DNA of 63,824 bases, the filler included, from Thermoplasmatota archaeon (GTDB lineage: Archaea > Thermoplasmatota > E2 > JACPAO01 > JAHFTW01): the NCBI GenBank assembly GCA_041623215.1. It is 5 parts of 5 records of this genome, joined end to end, with 100 filler letters (N's around TTAATTAATTAA, not from the genome) between each part and the next. Parts side by side here need not be neighbours in the genome. Positions count along the whole stretch, not along the records: positions 1 to 13,841 come from JBFJXH010000041.1; positions 13,942 to 27,767 come from JBFJXH010000042.1; 3 more parts are not named here. One strand, 5' to 3'. A model generated the notes under the pieces. That model worked only from the letters and a program-made list of their open reading frames with translations. It did not search any database and was not told the origin of the DNA. Shown here piece by piece: positions 8,943 through 22,662 of this stretch (positions are counted from its first letter, which is position 1; each line of letters begins with the position of its first letter). Made by a program: the position numbers and the translations under genes.

Positions 8943-10304
8943 ATGCAAGCAACACACGAAGTGGCGCCCCACCTCGAGACACTCAAACGGGCGCTTGGAG
9001 ACAAGATTGGAACGCAGGTCACAGAGGAAGACCTGCAAAGTGAACTGGCAAAATACCTGGACTACGGCGTACCGCCGGACCAGGCTGTGCGCACCATTCT
9101 GCGCCACCATGGCGCCGGGACCCCGGCCCCTGGCGGCGCCGGTGCGGCGACTGCCCCATCCCCGCCCCCTGGCGTGGACACATCGGAACGACTACCCCTC
9201 ACGCAAGTGGTGGGTGGCCTCCCGTTCGTTCGCCTCAAGGTGCGCTTCTTGACCATCAACACGAAGCTGGTCAATGCGCGCGGCGAACAGAAGGAAATCT
9301 TCTGGGGCCTTTTGGGCGACGAGTCGGGAACCGCCGAATATACCTCGTGGCGCCCTCTCGAAGGGCTGGCCAAAGGCGACGTTGTAGAGGTCGAAGGTGC
9401 CTACACCAAGGAGTGGAATGGCCGCCTGCAAATCAACTTCGGCGACCGGACCCGGCTGGAAAAGCGCGCGGCCGACGACCTGCCGGAAACGCCCGTCACG
9501 TACGAAGATGTGGCCATCGGCGACCTTCGGCAAGGCCTCCGCGGCCTGCGCGTAAAAGGGCGCCTGCTTGATGTTTCGCCGCGCGAGATTACCGTCCAGG
9601 GTGAGCCACGAACCATCTACGGCGGCACGCTGGCAGATGCGAGTGGACGCGTAGAATTCACGGCCTGGCATGACCACGGCCTCCAAGCGGACACGGTCGT
9701 TACCATCGAAGGCGGCTACGTGCGAGAATTTCGTGGCATGCCGCAACTGAACTTCGACGCTGAAGCAAGCATTACGGTGCACGCCGACGAAGCCGAAGCG
9801 GGCGTGCCTGCGGCGGATGAATTGGCCGCTACAAGCACCATGACGCTTGGCGACTTGGCCGAGCGCGGCGCCGGTGAAGGCGCCTTCGTAGGCACCCTGC
9901 TGGAAGTACGACCCGGCAGCGGCCTGATTTACCGCGACCCGGAAACCAAACGAGTCGTGCAGCCCAACGACCCTGGTGCCGTCCCGGACCTACGCATCAA
10001 GGGCATTCTGGATGATGGCACGGGCGCCGTCAACTTTGTGGCCACGACGGCCATCACGCAGGAACTCCTGGGCAAGACCGTGGACCAATGCATCGAAGAG
10101 GCCCGCAACGCCATGCGGACCGAAGTCATTCACGACCAATTGGCTGCCAAACTCACCGGCTTCCAATACGTCATCGAAGGCTTTGCACGCACGGATGACT
10201 ACGGTTTGATGCTCATCGCGCGCAGCATGAAGCGCCGCGAACTGGATGCCGAAGGGGCTGCCAAGGACCTGTTGGCCACCATGGCCGAGAAGGAGGGTGC
10301 CTGA
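8943..10304 (+). CDS. rpa: Replication protein A (multi-OB-fold ssDNA-binding protein)
   Basis: Repeated OB motifs GLLGDESG, GTLADASG, GILDDGTG; upstream of a COG3390-type partner. Confidence 0.88.
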   Translation: MQATHEVAPHLETLKRALGDKIGTQVTEEDLQSELAKYLDYGVPPDQAVRTILRHHGAGTPAPGGAGAATAPSPPPGVDTSERLPLTQVVGGLPFVRLKVRFLTINTKLVNARGEQKEIFWGLLGDESGTAEYTSWRPLEGLAKGDVVEVEGAYTKEWNGRLQINFGDRTRLEKRAADDLPETPVTYEDVAIGDLRQGLRGLRVKGRLLDVSPREITVQGEPRTIYGGTLADASGRVEFTAWHDHGLQADTVVTIEGGYVREFRGMPQLNFDAEASITVHADEAEAGVPAADELAATSTMTLGDLAERGAGEGAFVGTLLEVRPGSGLIYRDPETKRVVQPNDPGAVPDLRIKGILDDGTGAVNFVATTAITQELLGKTVDQCIEEARNAMRTEVIHDQLAAKLTGFQYVIEGFARTDDYGLMLIARSMKRRELDAEGAAKDLLATMAEKEGA

Positions 10305-11269
10305 TGGATGTCATGGCCGGCAATGTCGAAGCCGCGGGGGTGCCAACGCCCGGTGCCCCAGCTCACGGTGGCTTCAAGCGGGAAACCGCGCACCGCGTGT
10401 TTGCCGCCGAATTCAACGCGAGTGACATGACCATCGAAGGCCAAGGTGAAATGGAACCCAGTTACTTGGTGACCCCCTTAGGCGGCCGGTTGAATCGTGT
10501 TCACATAGTCGGCGTCTGCACGGACGTAGAGCAAGTGGGTGAAGCTGGCGACGTGCTGCGGGCCCGCATTAGCGACCCGACGGGCGTTTACATGGTCTAT
10601 GCCGGGCAATACCAGCCAGAGGCCGCCCAGGCACTGTCGGACCTCGAGGTGCCTAGCTTTGTCGCCGTCACTGGCAAGGCGCGCACGTTCGAACCCGAGG
10701 ATGGCAAGCTCTTCTGCTCCATTCGACCCGAGGTAGTCTCAGTCGTCGATCGCGAGACACGCGATGCATGGATCCTTGACGCCGCCAAGTGCACGCTCGC
10801 ACGCGCCGACGACGTCGATGCCATGGACCCCGCCACCGTGCCGGCCCAGGAGCACTACGGCCCTGGCCAAACCCTGCGGTTCCGCGACGTGACGCGAGAC
10901 GCGCTGGGCGCCCTGGTTGGTGGCGACGTACCTGTCCACCACGTCGGCCCCGAGGACCTCGGCGACGACCTTGGACGCGGCGATGTCGAAGCGCCCGCGT
11001 GGACGCCCAATACGCCCGCGGCCAGCAGCCCGGCATCTCCCGTCACGGCCACCGACCCGGCGGCCGAAGCGGCCGAACAGGAACTCGATGACCAAGTACT
11101 CGCCGTCGTGCAAAAGTTGGAAGGCGACAAAGGCGCCCAATGGGACGACATCCTACAGGAAGCAGCCCAAGGCACCGTTTCGGACAACGATGTTGACGAG
11201 GCCCTGAATCGGCTCATGGACAAGGGGCTGGTCTACGAGCCAACACTAGGCGTCCTGCGCTCCACGTAG
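10304..11269 (+). CDS. RPA-associated OB-fold protein (COG3390-like) with C-terminal winged helix
   Basis: RETAHRVFAAEF, PSYLVTPLG..LNRV, RARISDPTG..VYAGQYQPEA, C-terminal LMDKGLVYEP; TGATG overlap with rpa. Confidence 0.88.
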   Translation: MDVMAGNVEAAGVPTPGAPAHGGFKRETAHRVFAAEFNASDMTIEGQGEMEPSYLVTPLGGRLNRVHIVGVCTDVEQVGEAGDVLRARISDPTGVYMVYAGQYQPEAAQALSDLEVPSFVAVTGKARTFEPEDGKLFCSIRPEVVSVVDRETRDAWILDAAKCTLARADDVDAMDPATVPAQEHYGPGQTLRFRDVTRDALGALVGGDVPVHHVGPEDLGDDLGRGDVEAPAWTPNTPAASSPASPVTATDPAAEAAEQELDDQVLAVVQKLEGDKGAQWDDILQEAAQGTVSDNDVDEALNRLMDKGLVYEPTLGVLRST

Positions 11270-11281
11270 GCACGGGGGCAG

Positions 11282-11932
11282 CTATTCTTCCTCTTCTTCC
11301 TGCATTGCTTGGCCCAGCGCTGCGTCTTGGTCAAACACCGGCATTCCCATGGACAAGTGTCCTGCTTCTTCAGGGCTAAGCGTGACGACGGAAGCTGCCT
11401 TGGAGACAATGGCAGAATTTCCTAATGGGTCTTCGATGATGAGCGTCATCGGCTCGGCGGCCCCGTTTCGGGCGGCCTCAAATGTGTCCATGAGCGCGTC
11501 AATGGCGTCACGTTTGGCGGCATCGCCGTGGGCCTCTGCGTCCCGCCGCAATTGCATGAGAATCGCTTCCACGCGGACGATGATTCCTTCCACATTGCTG
11601 ATGAAGGCCTCCGACGCGGTTCCCGGTTCTATTGAAATGCCATGCTCTGGGATCCGAATCGTCCCGCTTGACGCCCGCACCACACGCACCGACATGTCTG
11701 CCTCGGTGGATACTGTCAGCGTCGAGCGTGTCGGGTCCTTGCTTTCGACCAGGATAAAGTCAGTGTGCCGGTAGCCGCAGGCCGGGCACCGCATCATGGT
11801 CTCCATGGATTCGCCCAAGTAGGGCAAGTCAATCTGCTCCGCGTTGTAATCGAGGCCCTGATGACTGCACACGGGGCATGTGGCATCGGCGAGGCGGGTG
11901 TGGGGCACGGCAACCGCCACCCCGGGGGCCAC
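11282..11932 (-). CDS. ZPR1 zinc-finger protein
   Basis: CPVC...LPYLGE...CPACGYRHTD, FISNVEG, LIIEDPLGNS. Confidence 0.92.
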   Translation of the reverse strand: MAPGVAVAVPHTRLADATCPVCSHQGLDYNAEQIDLPYLGESMETMMRCPACGYRHTDFILVESKDPTRSTLTVSTEADMSVRVVRASSGTIRIPEHGISIEPGTASEAFISNVEGIIVRVEAILMQLRRDAEAHGDAAKRDAIDALMDTFEAARNGAAEPMTLIIEDPLGNSAIVSKAASVVTLSPEEAGHLSMGMPVFDQDAALGQAMQEEEEE

Positions 11933-12000
11933 AAAAGAGCCACGCCCGCCGGCGACACCTGCGCGCCAGCCCGCAGCCCAGGGCTCCTCGCTGCATCAGC

Positions 12001-12008
12001 GTTATATG
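12001..12008 (+). promoter_or_regulatory. TATA-like box for the tandem tRNA pair
   Basis: GTTATATG in GC-rich context ~50 nt upstream of tRNA-Ser. Confidence 0.5.
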
Positions 12009-12056
12009 ACCCCCCCAGGTCGGCGGCCTGCGCGCCACCCAGGCGTGCCAACCGCT

Positions 12057-12140
12057 GCGGCGATCGCATAGCCTGGTATTGCGGGGGCCTGCTAAGCCTC
12101 TGGAGTCTTCTCCACGGGTGTTCAAATCACCCTCGCCGCG
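12057..12140 (+). tRNA. tRNA-Ser(GCT)
   Basis: Acceptor GCGGCGA/TCGCCGC, anticodon arm GGGGC-CTGCTAA-GCCTC (GCT at 12091-12093), long variable arm, T-arm GGGTG-TTCAAAT-CACCC, discriminator G; no encoded CCA. Confidence 0.93.
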
Positions 12141-12168
12141 CTTCCTTCTTCCCATCCGCACTCACATC

Positions 12169-12250
12169 GCGAGGATAGTCAAGTGGCCAACGACGCCAGC
12201 TTGAGGGGCTGGTCCTTAGTGGTTCGCAGGTTCAAATCCTGCTCCTCGCA
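12169..12250 (+). tRNA. tRNA-Leu(GAG)
   Basis: Acceptor GCGAGGA/TCCTCGC, anticodon arm CCAGC-TTGAGGG-GCTGG (GAG at 12203-12205), variable arm, T-arm GCAGG-TTCAAAT-CCTGC, discriminator A; no encoded CCA. Confidence 0.93.
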
Positions 12251-12465
12251 CTCGCTGCATTCCTGCGTGAAGCAGGATTGGCGCATGTTTGGTTTCCTAC
12301 AGGCAGGACCAACCTTCTTGTGTTACCTGGTGCCCGCCTAAGGGAACCTTGGGCCCCCGCAGGGGGGTCGACCGGTGTCGCAACTTCGCTTGCCACCCAA
12401 GTGGTCATATAGGGCCCCCCTGTCGCCGCTCCCAACCCCCTGTGGGACCACTGGAGGACACCGGT

Positions 12466-12783
12466 TTGAAGAGCACGCTCTTGCTGAAGATTCGTGACGC
12501 CGAGACGGCCGTCGCTGACCGGGTGGCTACCGCCCGCGACGAAGCCGCCAACATCGTGTCCGCCGCCCGCAAGGAGGCCGAGGCGCTCCTATCCGACGGC
12601 CGTGACCAGGCGGACCACGGCTACGCCGCCGCTCTTGATGCTGCCCGCGCCGAAGGTGACGAGGCTGCCAAGAAGGTGCTGGCCAACGGCAAGCGCCAAG
12701 CCACCAACCTGCAGAAGCGCTTTGACGAAGGGGCTGACGCCGCTGTCGAGCGCATCGTAGCGGCCTTTGAGGAGTCCCTGTAA
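12466..12783 (+). CDS. atpH: A/V-type ATP synthase subunit H (peripheral stalk)
   Basis: Short Ala/Glu-rich helical protein directly before atpI; TTG start preceded by GGAGG. Confidence 0.75.
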   Translation: MKSTLLLKIRDAETAVADRVATARDEAANIVSAARKEAEALLSDGRDQADHGYAAALDAARAEGDEAAKKVLANGKRQATNLQKRFDEGADAAVERIVAAFEESL

Positions 12784-12784
12784 A

Positions 12785-13841
12785 ATGTTCTTCCCGTCCC
12801 GGATGACACGCGTCCTTCTGGGCGGTCACACCGACCACATGGCGAAGGCCATCGAGGTCGTTCACAATCACGGCGGCGTCCACCTTGAGGACTATGCCGA
12901 CGCCGACGGCGTCACCCGCATGGGTACGCCTCTCGAAGCTGGTGACGTGGCCAGTGCCCGGCTAGTCAAGACGCGCGGTTTGCTCAAAGCGCTGGGTGCC
13001 GAGGACACGCAACCGAAGGACATCGCGGTCGCCGACATTGACCGCCTCCTAGACGAAGCGCAAGAGGCCATCGTGCCGGTTGAGGACCGCCTGGCTGCGG
13101 CGCGAACGCGCATCGCTGCGTTGGACCACGAATCCACGGCCCTGACACCTTTCACCGGCATGGATGTCGAGCTGTCCCTGGTGGACGGCTTGACGAGCCT
13201 GCGCTCCTTCCTGGGCATTGCGCGCGAAGACCCGCGCGCCGCGTTCCAGGCTGAAGGCGTCGAGGGCGAGTGGGAAGTCCGGCCAACCGGTGCCGGATTT
13301 GCGCTCGTTGCCTTCGTAACGCCTGGTACCGCCGCGCAGGCGGACCGCGTCCTTGCAACCTGTGGATTCCAAGCAACAGCCGTGGCCGCCGACATCACGG
13401 GCACGCCGTCTGACCGTCTCCGCGTCGTGGCCGGTAACCGCGACGCCGCTACGCAGGAATTGTCCAAGGCCGAGCAAGAACTGGCCAATTTGCGCGAATC
13501 TTGGGCCAGTCGCTTGGCCAGCCTCGAAGCAAGCTTGACGGCCGAGGTGGCCCGGACGCAGGCGCCGCTTCGCTTTGGCGTCACTGCCAACACGTTCCAC
13601 GTCGAAGGCTGGGTCCCGAGCCGCAGCCTAGCTGCCTTGGGAACCGCCCTCGACGGGCAGTTCGGCGACCGCATCTACCTCGAACAACTTGGGGACGGAC
13701 CCAGCGTCGCAGGTCACGGGGACGGTCATGGTGAAGGCCACGACGACCACCACGACGACCCTGCTGACGAGCCCCCGGTTCATCTGGACCACAAGGGCAT
13801 GGCGAGTCCGTTCATCTTCTTGCTCCAACTGCTGGCGCGCC
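12785..13841 (+). CDS. atpI: A/V-type ATP synthase subunit I, 3'-truncated by contig end
   Basis: MFFPSRMTRV..., VHLEDY, TFHVEGWVP, PPVHLDH...PF, typical of the subunit I N-terminal half. Confidence 0.88.
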
Positions 13842-13941
13842 NNNNNNNNNNNNNNNNNNNNNNNNNNNNNNNNNNNNNNNNNNNNTTAATTAATTAANNN
13901 NNNNNNNNNNNNNNNNNNNNNNNNNNNNNNNNNNNNNNNNN
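13842..13941. other. Artificial contig linker
   Basis: N44-TTAATTAATTAA-N44 (stops in all frames). Confidence 0.99.
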
Positions 13942-13942
13942 C

Positions 13943-15937
13943 CGTGGCCAAGCTCTCATGAAGGTCAAGCAGGATGGCTGCGATGGCTTTGCCCTCGACC
14001 TCGTAGACTACAATCCGCGCTACCAGAACGCCTTCTGGTACGTCTTTGGCGACACGCTCATCGCACGAGACATGAATGCCGGACGCCGCCTCATGGGTGG
14101 CGTGCGAATCGTCACCAAGGACGGTGAATTGTTCGAAGCCAGTGGAGCCATGGTTGGTGGCAGTCGCGGCAAGAAAGGTGACCAGCCCGGCTTTGGCAGC
14201 GGCGACCGAGCGCGCGTGGACACCCTCATTGAGGAGGTCAGCACGGCTGAGAACCTCCAAAACGAAGTGCTCGAGCGACTGGGCACGGTCCGGCAGGAAC
14301 TCGTCAAAGCCAAGGACGCCGTTTCCGATGCTAGCCGGGCCGATGCCGATGTAGGCGACCGACTCAAAACCAAGCAACGCGAACACGATGAACTCAAACT
14401 ACGACTCGAGCGGATTACGTCGGCCCGTGACGAAGCCGTCAGGAAGGCCGAAGCGGCCGCTGCTGCGCTGGAAGAAAATGACTCCGCACGCCAAGAACTA
14501 GCGGAACAGCTAGAGGCGCTTGAACAGGAGCGCGACGAGAAAGGCAAGCTGCTTCTGAAAGGGACCAAGAAGGAACTTCGCGAGCAAGTCGAGGGCCTCG
14601 AGCGCGAGGTGCTCCAACTCAAGGAAGCGGTCGTTGACGCTGAGAAGCGCGCCGAAGTTGCGACCACCCAGGCAGGCCTAGTTGCAGACCGTCTCAAAGA
14701 GCTAGACAAGCAAATCGAGGACCTAACCGGAGGGCGCGAAAAGCACGAACTTGATGTCAAGCGCTACTCCGAAGCCTACCACAAGGCCAAGGTGGAAATG
14801 GATGCCCTTCTGAAGATGGAAAAGAAGGCCACGGGTGCCCTGCGAAAGCTGCAAGAAAAGCGCGATGCCCTCTACAAGGCCCTAACGGACACCAAGGCCC
14901 GCATGGACAAGATTGGTGACCGCATGGAGACCCATTATGGGCTCATCAGCAACGCCAAGGCCAAGCTGCCGGTCATGGAAGAAAGCCTCGGCGACGCACT
15001 CGTGGACCTGCAAGAACACCCGGTAACCATCGAGGACGAAAACGGCGTCCCTGCGCTCGATGAACTCAAGCGCCGCGTCCGCGACCTGGAGGCGCGGCTG
15101 TCTCGCCTTGGTCCGGTCAACATGCGCGCCCTCGAAGATTTCGAGACCGAATCTGCACGCCACGATGGCCTGAAGGAAGAAGTAGAGCGACTGGAGGCAC
15201 AGCGCAAAGAATTGATGGAACTCGTGGATGAGATTACGGCCAAGAAGAAGGGCGCACTCATGACGGTCTTCACCGCCATCAACGAGAACTTCGCCGAAAT
15301 CTACGCACGGCTCAGTCTAGGTGGCAAGGCGCTCATGGAACTGGAAGATCCTGAGAATCCCTTCGAGGGCGGCCTCATCTTGAAGGCACAACCCATGGGT
15401 AAGCGAGTCACGCGCCTCGATGCCTTGTCGGGCGGTGAAAAATCACTCACCAGCATGGCCTTCATTTTCGCCATCCAACGCTACGAACCCAGTCCGTTCT
15501 ACTACCTCGACGAAGTGGATCAAAACTTGGACGCAGTGAACTCGGAACTGTTGGCAAAATTGATTCGAGACAATTCGCCGTTCGCCCAATTCATCATCGT
15601 GAGCTTACGCAAGGTAACGCTCAAGGAAGCCTCGTTCATTTACGGCGTAACCCAGCAGGTGCCGGGACAATCGGAGATTGTGGCCAACTTCGACCTCGAC
15701 CACCTGCGTGACGAGGATGGCTCGGACGACGAAGGCGAGGGGGGAAAGGACGCTCCGTCCACTCCGGGAGGCCAAGGCGGTCGGGGCCGCAACGGAGCCC
15801 AACAACAGCGGGCCAGCGGAGAGGGCGAAGCGGCCGTGGCCGTGACCATGACGGACGATGGCAAAGAGAAAGAGCCCAGTAAAGAGGGCCTTTCGGACGC
15901 CATCAAGGACATGATGGGGGTCGAGATTGGCCAGTGA
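13943..15937 (+). CDS. smc: Chromosome segregation protein SMC, C-terminal half (5'-truncated)
   Basis: Hinge VFGDTL...RIVTKDGELFEASGAMVGG, coiled coil, LGPVNMRA, signature LSGGEKS, Walker B FYYLDEVD. Confidence 0.96.
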   Translation, partial: RGQALMKVKQDGCDGFALDLVDYNPRYQNAFWYVFGDTLIARDMNAGRRLMGGVRIVTKDGELFEASGAMVGGSRGKKGDQPGFGSGDRARVDTLIEEVSTAENLQNEVLERLGTVRQELVKAKDAVSDASRADADVGDRLKTKQREHDELKLRLERITSARDEAVRKAEAAAAALEENDSARQELAEQLEALEQERDEKGKLLLKGTKKELREQVEGLEREVLQLKEAVVDAEKRAEVATTQAGLVADRLKELDKQIEDLTGGREKHELDVKRYSEAYHKAKVEMDALLKMEKKATGALRKLQEKRDALYKALTDTKARMDKIGDRMETHYGLISNAKAKLPVMEESLGDALVDLQEHPVTIEDENGVPALDELKRRVRDLEARLSRLGPVNMRALEDFETESARHDGLKEEVERLEAQRKELMELVDEITAKKKGALMTVFTAINENFAEIYARLSLGGKALMELEDPENPFEGGLILKAQPMGKRVTRLDALSGGEKSLTSMAFIFAIQRYEPSPFYYLDEVDQNLDAVNSELLAKLIRDNSPFAQFIIVSLRKVTLKEASFIYGVTQQVPGQSEIVANFDLDHLRDEDGSDDEGEGGKDAPSTPGGQGGRGRNGAQQQRASGEGEAAVAVTMTDDGKEKEPSKEGLSDAIKDMMGVEIGQ

Positions 15938-15980
15938 AGACCGCCGCGCAGCCAGCCTGGGGGGTCGCCAAGTGGCGTTC

Positions 15981-17032
15981 ATGGTCACCGAGGAGCGGCC
16001 TGCCGTGGACCCGCAAACGACACTCCAAACAAGTCAACTGGTGCGTCACTTGCTATGGCACAAGGCGCTAGCTGACTTCGACGACGACACGGGCCGCATC
16101 TCGCAATACATCGAATTGGTCCATGCGACGGGTGAAGGCGAGCACGTCAGCATGCGCGACGATTTCCACCGTGATGTAGCGATTGCGCTCGAGCTGGTCA
16201 TGCAGGAGCACCTCGACCCTTGGGACCTGGATTTATCCAAATTTGCCGAGCTGTACCTGAAAGAATCGAGGGCGCGTGGGGTGGACATCGTCACAGCAGG
16301 TCGTATCATTCTCATGGCGTGGACGGTGCTAAAACTCCAATCGGACCACGTCGCCGAGCGCGCCACCACGCTGCAGGACGCCGGCGAAGAGCACTTTGAC
16401 TGGGATGACGTTCCCGATTGGGGATTCACTGACGATGAATGGGACTACACGGATCGAATCAAGGCCCTACCTCGGGCGCCCATTGACGAAAAAATCCGTC
16501 ACAAAGGGGACCGAAAGGTGACCCTCATGGAATTGCTGGGTGCCTTTGAGGAGGTACACGAGGAGGCCGCCGAACGCGCCAAGCTCCAGGCCAACAAACA
16601 AGCGGCTCGCTTGACCTTGAAACGTCGCATGCGCGGGCGGGTCGGCGGCATGGTCCACAAGGAGGACTTGGAGGCCGAAATTGCCGAAACGTGGCGTCGC
16701 ATTCTTGAGCATCCGACGCAGCCGATTCCCTTCAGTGACCTGCACGAGCCCGAAATCATGGATTTGGTGCAGAGCTTCACCAGCATTCTCTTTCTGGCCA
16801 AAGACGGCCGCATCACCCTCAACCAGGAGGACTTTCCGCGTGGCGAAATTTGGCTCACGCCCAACCTGGAAGCGGCCGCCAAGGCGCTGGGCATCGAGGC
16901 AAGCCCCCCGCCAGCGAATGGCAACGAAGCGGGTGCGCCGGATGGCGCGGAAAGCGAGGCCGAAGGCGATAGTGCGCCCGTCGAACCGGATGCGGGCATT
17001 TCTGCAGTTCATTCATCCAAGGAGGTAGAAGC

Positions 17033-17036
<4 letters not shown>
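15981..17036 (+). CDS. scpA: Segregation/condensation protein A (kleisin); alternative TTG start at 15927
   Basis: LDPWDLDL, KVTLMELL, FTSILFLA..GRI.L.QE.F..GEI; lies between smc and scpB. Confidence 0.9.
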
Positions 17037-19878
<2,842 letters not shown>

Positions 19879-19879
<1 letters not shown>

Positions 19880-22548
19880 TGGTGGACGACGTCAACGTGG
19901 CACCTGGCCCGGACGACAGTGGCTCATCCGTGGCGGACGTCGGCGGTGACCCAGAAGGAGTGCCGGTTGCCACGCTGGTCGATGGCAGCGATAAGGTAGC
20001 TCCGCGGACCATTGAGTCCGAAATGCGCCAATCCTTCGTGGACTACGCGATGAGCGTCATCGTGAGTCGGGCCCTACCCGACGCGCGCGATGGGCTCAAG
20101 CCCGTCCATCGTCGCATTTTGTACGCCATGAAGGAGCTCGGCATGAGCCACACGCAGGGCTACAAGAAGAGCGCCTACGTGGTCGGTGAGGTTCTGGGTA
20201 AGTATCACCCCCACGGCGATTCGGCCATCTATGACGCCATGGTGCGAATGGCCCAGGACTGGAGCCTTCGGTACCCCTTGGTCGATGGTCAAGGTAACTT
20301 CGGCAGTGTCGATGGCGATGGGGCAGCCGCCATGCGGTACACGGAAGCGCGGATGGCGAAAATTACGGCAGCCATGCTCGAGGATTTGGACAAGGATACC
20401 GTTGATTGGCAACCGAACTATGACGGCCGGTTGAAGGAGCCGCTGGCCCTCCCCGCAGCGCTTCCCAACATGCTCGTCAATGGCGCCGACGGGATTGCCG
20501 TGGGCATGGCAACCAAGATGCCGCCGCACAATGTCGGCGAGGTCATTGATGCTGCCGTGCGGCTCATCGATGACCCTGATGCGGGCCCGCTGGACCTCAT
20601 GGACCACGTCCAAGGCCCCGACTTCCCCACGGGGGGCATCATCTATGGCCGGAGCGGCATTGTTAGTGCCATCGCGGGCGGACGCGGACGCATTGTCGTT
20701 CGAGGGCGGCACGAAATTGAATCCATGGGCAACGACCGGGACCGCATTGTCTTCCTTGAGTTGCCCTATCAAGTCAACAAGGCAAACCTGCTGATGCACA
20801 TCGCCGACCTGGCGAAAGACAAGGTCATCGAAGGCATCAGCGACCTTCGCGACGAGTCGGACCGGCGCGGCATGCGCATGGTCATTGAGCTCAAGCGGGA
20901 CGCCATCACCGATGTGGTTCTCAACCAGCTGTGGAAGCACACGCCGCTGCAATCCGCCTTCTCGGTCAACAACCTGGCATTGGTGGATGGGCGGCCTCGC
21001 ACCATGGGTCTCAAGGACCTGCTTGAGGTATTCATCAAGCACCGCTTCGACGTCGTGACGCGGCGCACGCAATTCGACCTTGACAAAGCGGAAGCACGGG
21101 ACCACATCGTGCAGGGTTTGCTGACCGCGTTGGACCACATTGACGCGGTCGTCGAACTCATTCGAGCAAGCTCGGACGCAGACACGGCCCGCGTGGGTCT
21201 GATGGAGAAGTTTGGCCTGTCGGAATTGCAAGCGAAGGCCATCTTGGACATGCGCTTGCAAAAGCTCACCGGCCTCGAATCGCAGGCGCTCCGGGACGAG
21301 CACGACGAACTCCTGACATTCATCAACCACTGCAAAGGAATTCTGGCTGACGACGCGAAAGTCAACGCCATCATTCGGGATGAGTTGCTCAAGCTTCGGG
21401 AAGACTTTGCTGACGCTCGCCGAACTGCGATTGAAGAAGGCGAGATTGACATCGACGACGAATCTCTGATTCCAGAGGAGGAATCCATCTACTTGTGGAC
21501 GAACGAGGGCTACCTCAAGCGCATGCCCCTGGATACGTACCGCGAGCAGAACCGAGGTGGCAAAGGCCTACGGGGCATGAAGGCCAAGGACGAAGACCAC
21601 ATCGTCGGCACCCTCGTCGGCTCGACGCATGATTACCTCTGCTTCTTCACCAACCTTGGCCGCATCCATTGGCTCAAAGGTTACCGTGTTCCTGCTGGGA
21701 CGCGCCAGGCGCGCGGCAAGCCGGTCGTCAACCTCGTCAACCTGGACGAGGGGGAACAGATTGAGAATATCATTGCCGTCCGGGACTTCGACGAAGAAGG
21801 GCAATTCCTGTTCTTTGCCACGCGTCGTGGCTTGGTCAAGCGAACGCCCTTGTCCGCCTACCGCAACGTCCGCCAGACTGGCATCAAGGCCATTGAGCTT
21901 CGAGATGGCGACGAGTTGCTGGCGGTACGTCGCACCGATGGCAATGCGGACATTATTCTAGCTACAGCCAAGGGTCAGGCGTGCCGCTTCGACGAAGCGG
22001 AAGTGCGCAGCATGGGTCGTGTCGCCGCAGGTGTCCGAGGTGTCACGCTCAACGATGAAGACGAAGTTGTGTCCGTCGCTGTTGCCGACCCATCCGCCCA
22101 AATCTTGTCCGTGACGGCAAACGGTTACGGCAAACGCACGCCGCTTGAAGATTACCGCAAGACCCACCGCGGGGGCAAGGGCGTGCGGACAATCAAGGTC
22201 AACGACCGCAACGGCCGCGTCAAAGCCATTCGCACCGTGACGGGAGAAGAATCCATCCTCGTCACGACTCGCGAAGGCATGGTGGTGCGGCTGCCGGTGG
22301 GCCAAGTGTCCGAGCAAGGCCGCGACACCCAAGGTGTCATCGTGGTTCGGCTCAACGACGAGGATACGGTCACGCAGGTGGCCGTGCTCCCTCCGGGAGA
22401 GGCCGTTGATGACGACGACGTTGAGGATGCGGGCACGGATGGCGATTCGCCGCCGCGTGCCCATGATGCAGGTCAGGGACAAGCACCTACAGAATCTGCT
22501 GCCGTCGTGGATCCGAGCCCCGGCGCCGAGGGCGACGGCTCCGACTAG
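19879..22548 (+). CDS. gyrA: DNA gyrase subunit A
   Basis: [33 protein letters not shown], GyrA-box QNRGGKG, beta-pinwheel repeats, acidic tail. Confidence 0.98.
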
Positions 22549-22662
22549 GAGCCCTGAGCCACGAAGTAAGCCGTCCGCAGCCGGTGCTTAACAACGCCCG
22601 CGAGGGCCCCCGCCGCCACGGCCCAGCGGTAGCCCTTTCAAGCGCCAACCGGGTGTGGACCC

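Noticed and set aside
12057..12300. tRNA 3' ends as an integration site for a mobile element
   Set aside because: No integrase and no duplicated tRNA 3' fragment seen; flanks are housekeeping genes
13842..13941. Palindromic TTAATTAATTAA flanked by Ns, repeated four times in the window
   Set aside because: Identical 100-nt artificial contig spacer, not biological; ORFs ending in 'LIN' are linker artefacts
20074..21330. Long antisense ORFs (418 aa opposite gyrA, 503 aa at 31675-33186 opposite polB, and similar)
   Set aside because: Shadow ORFs expected from high-GC codon bias opposite well-supported genes; no recognisable motifs
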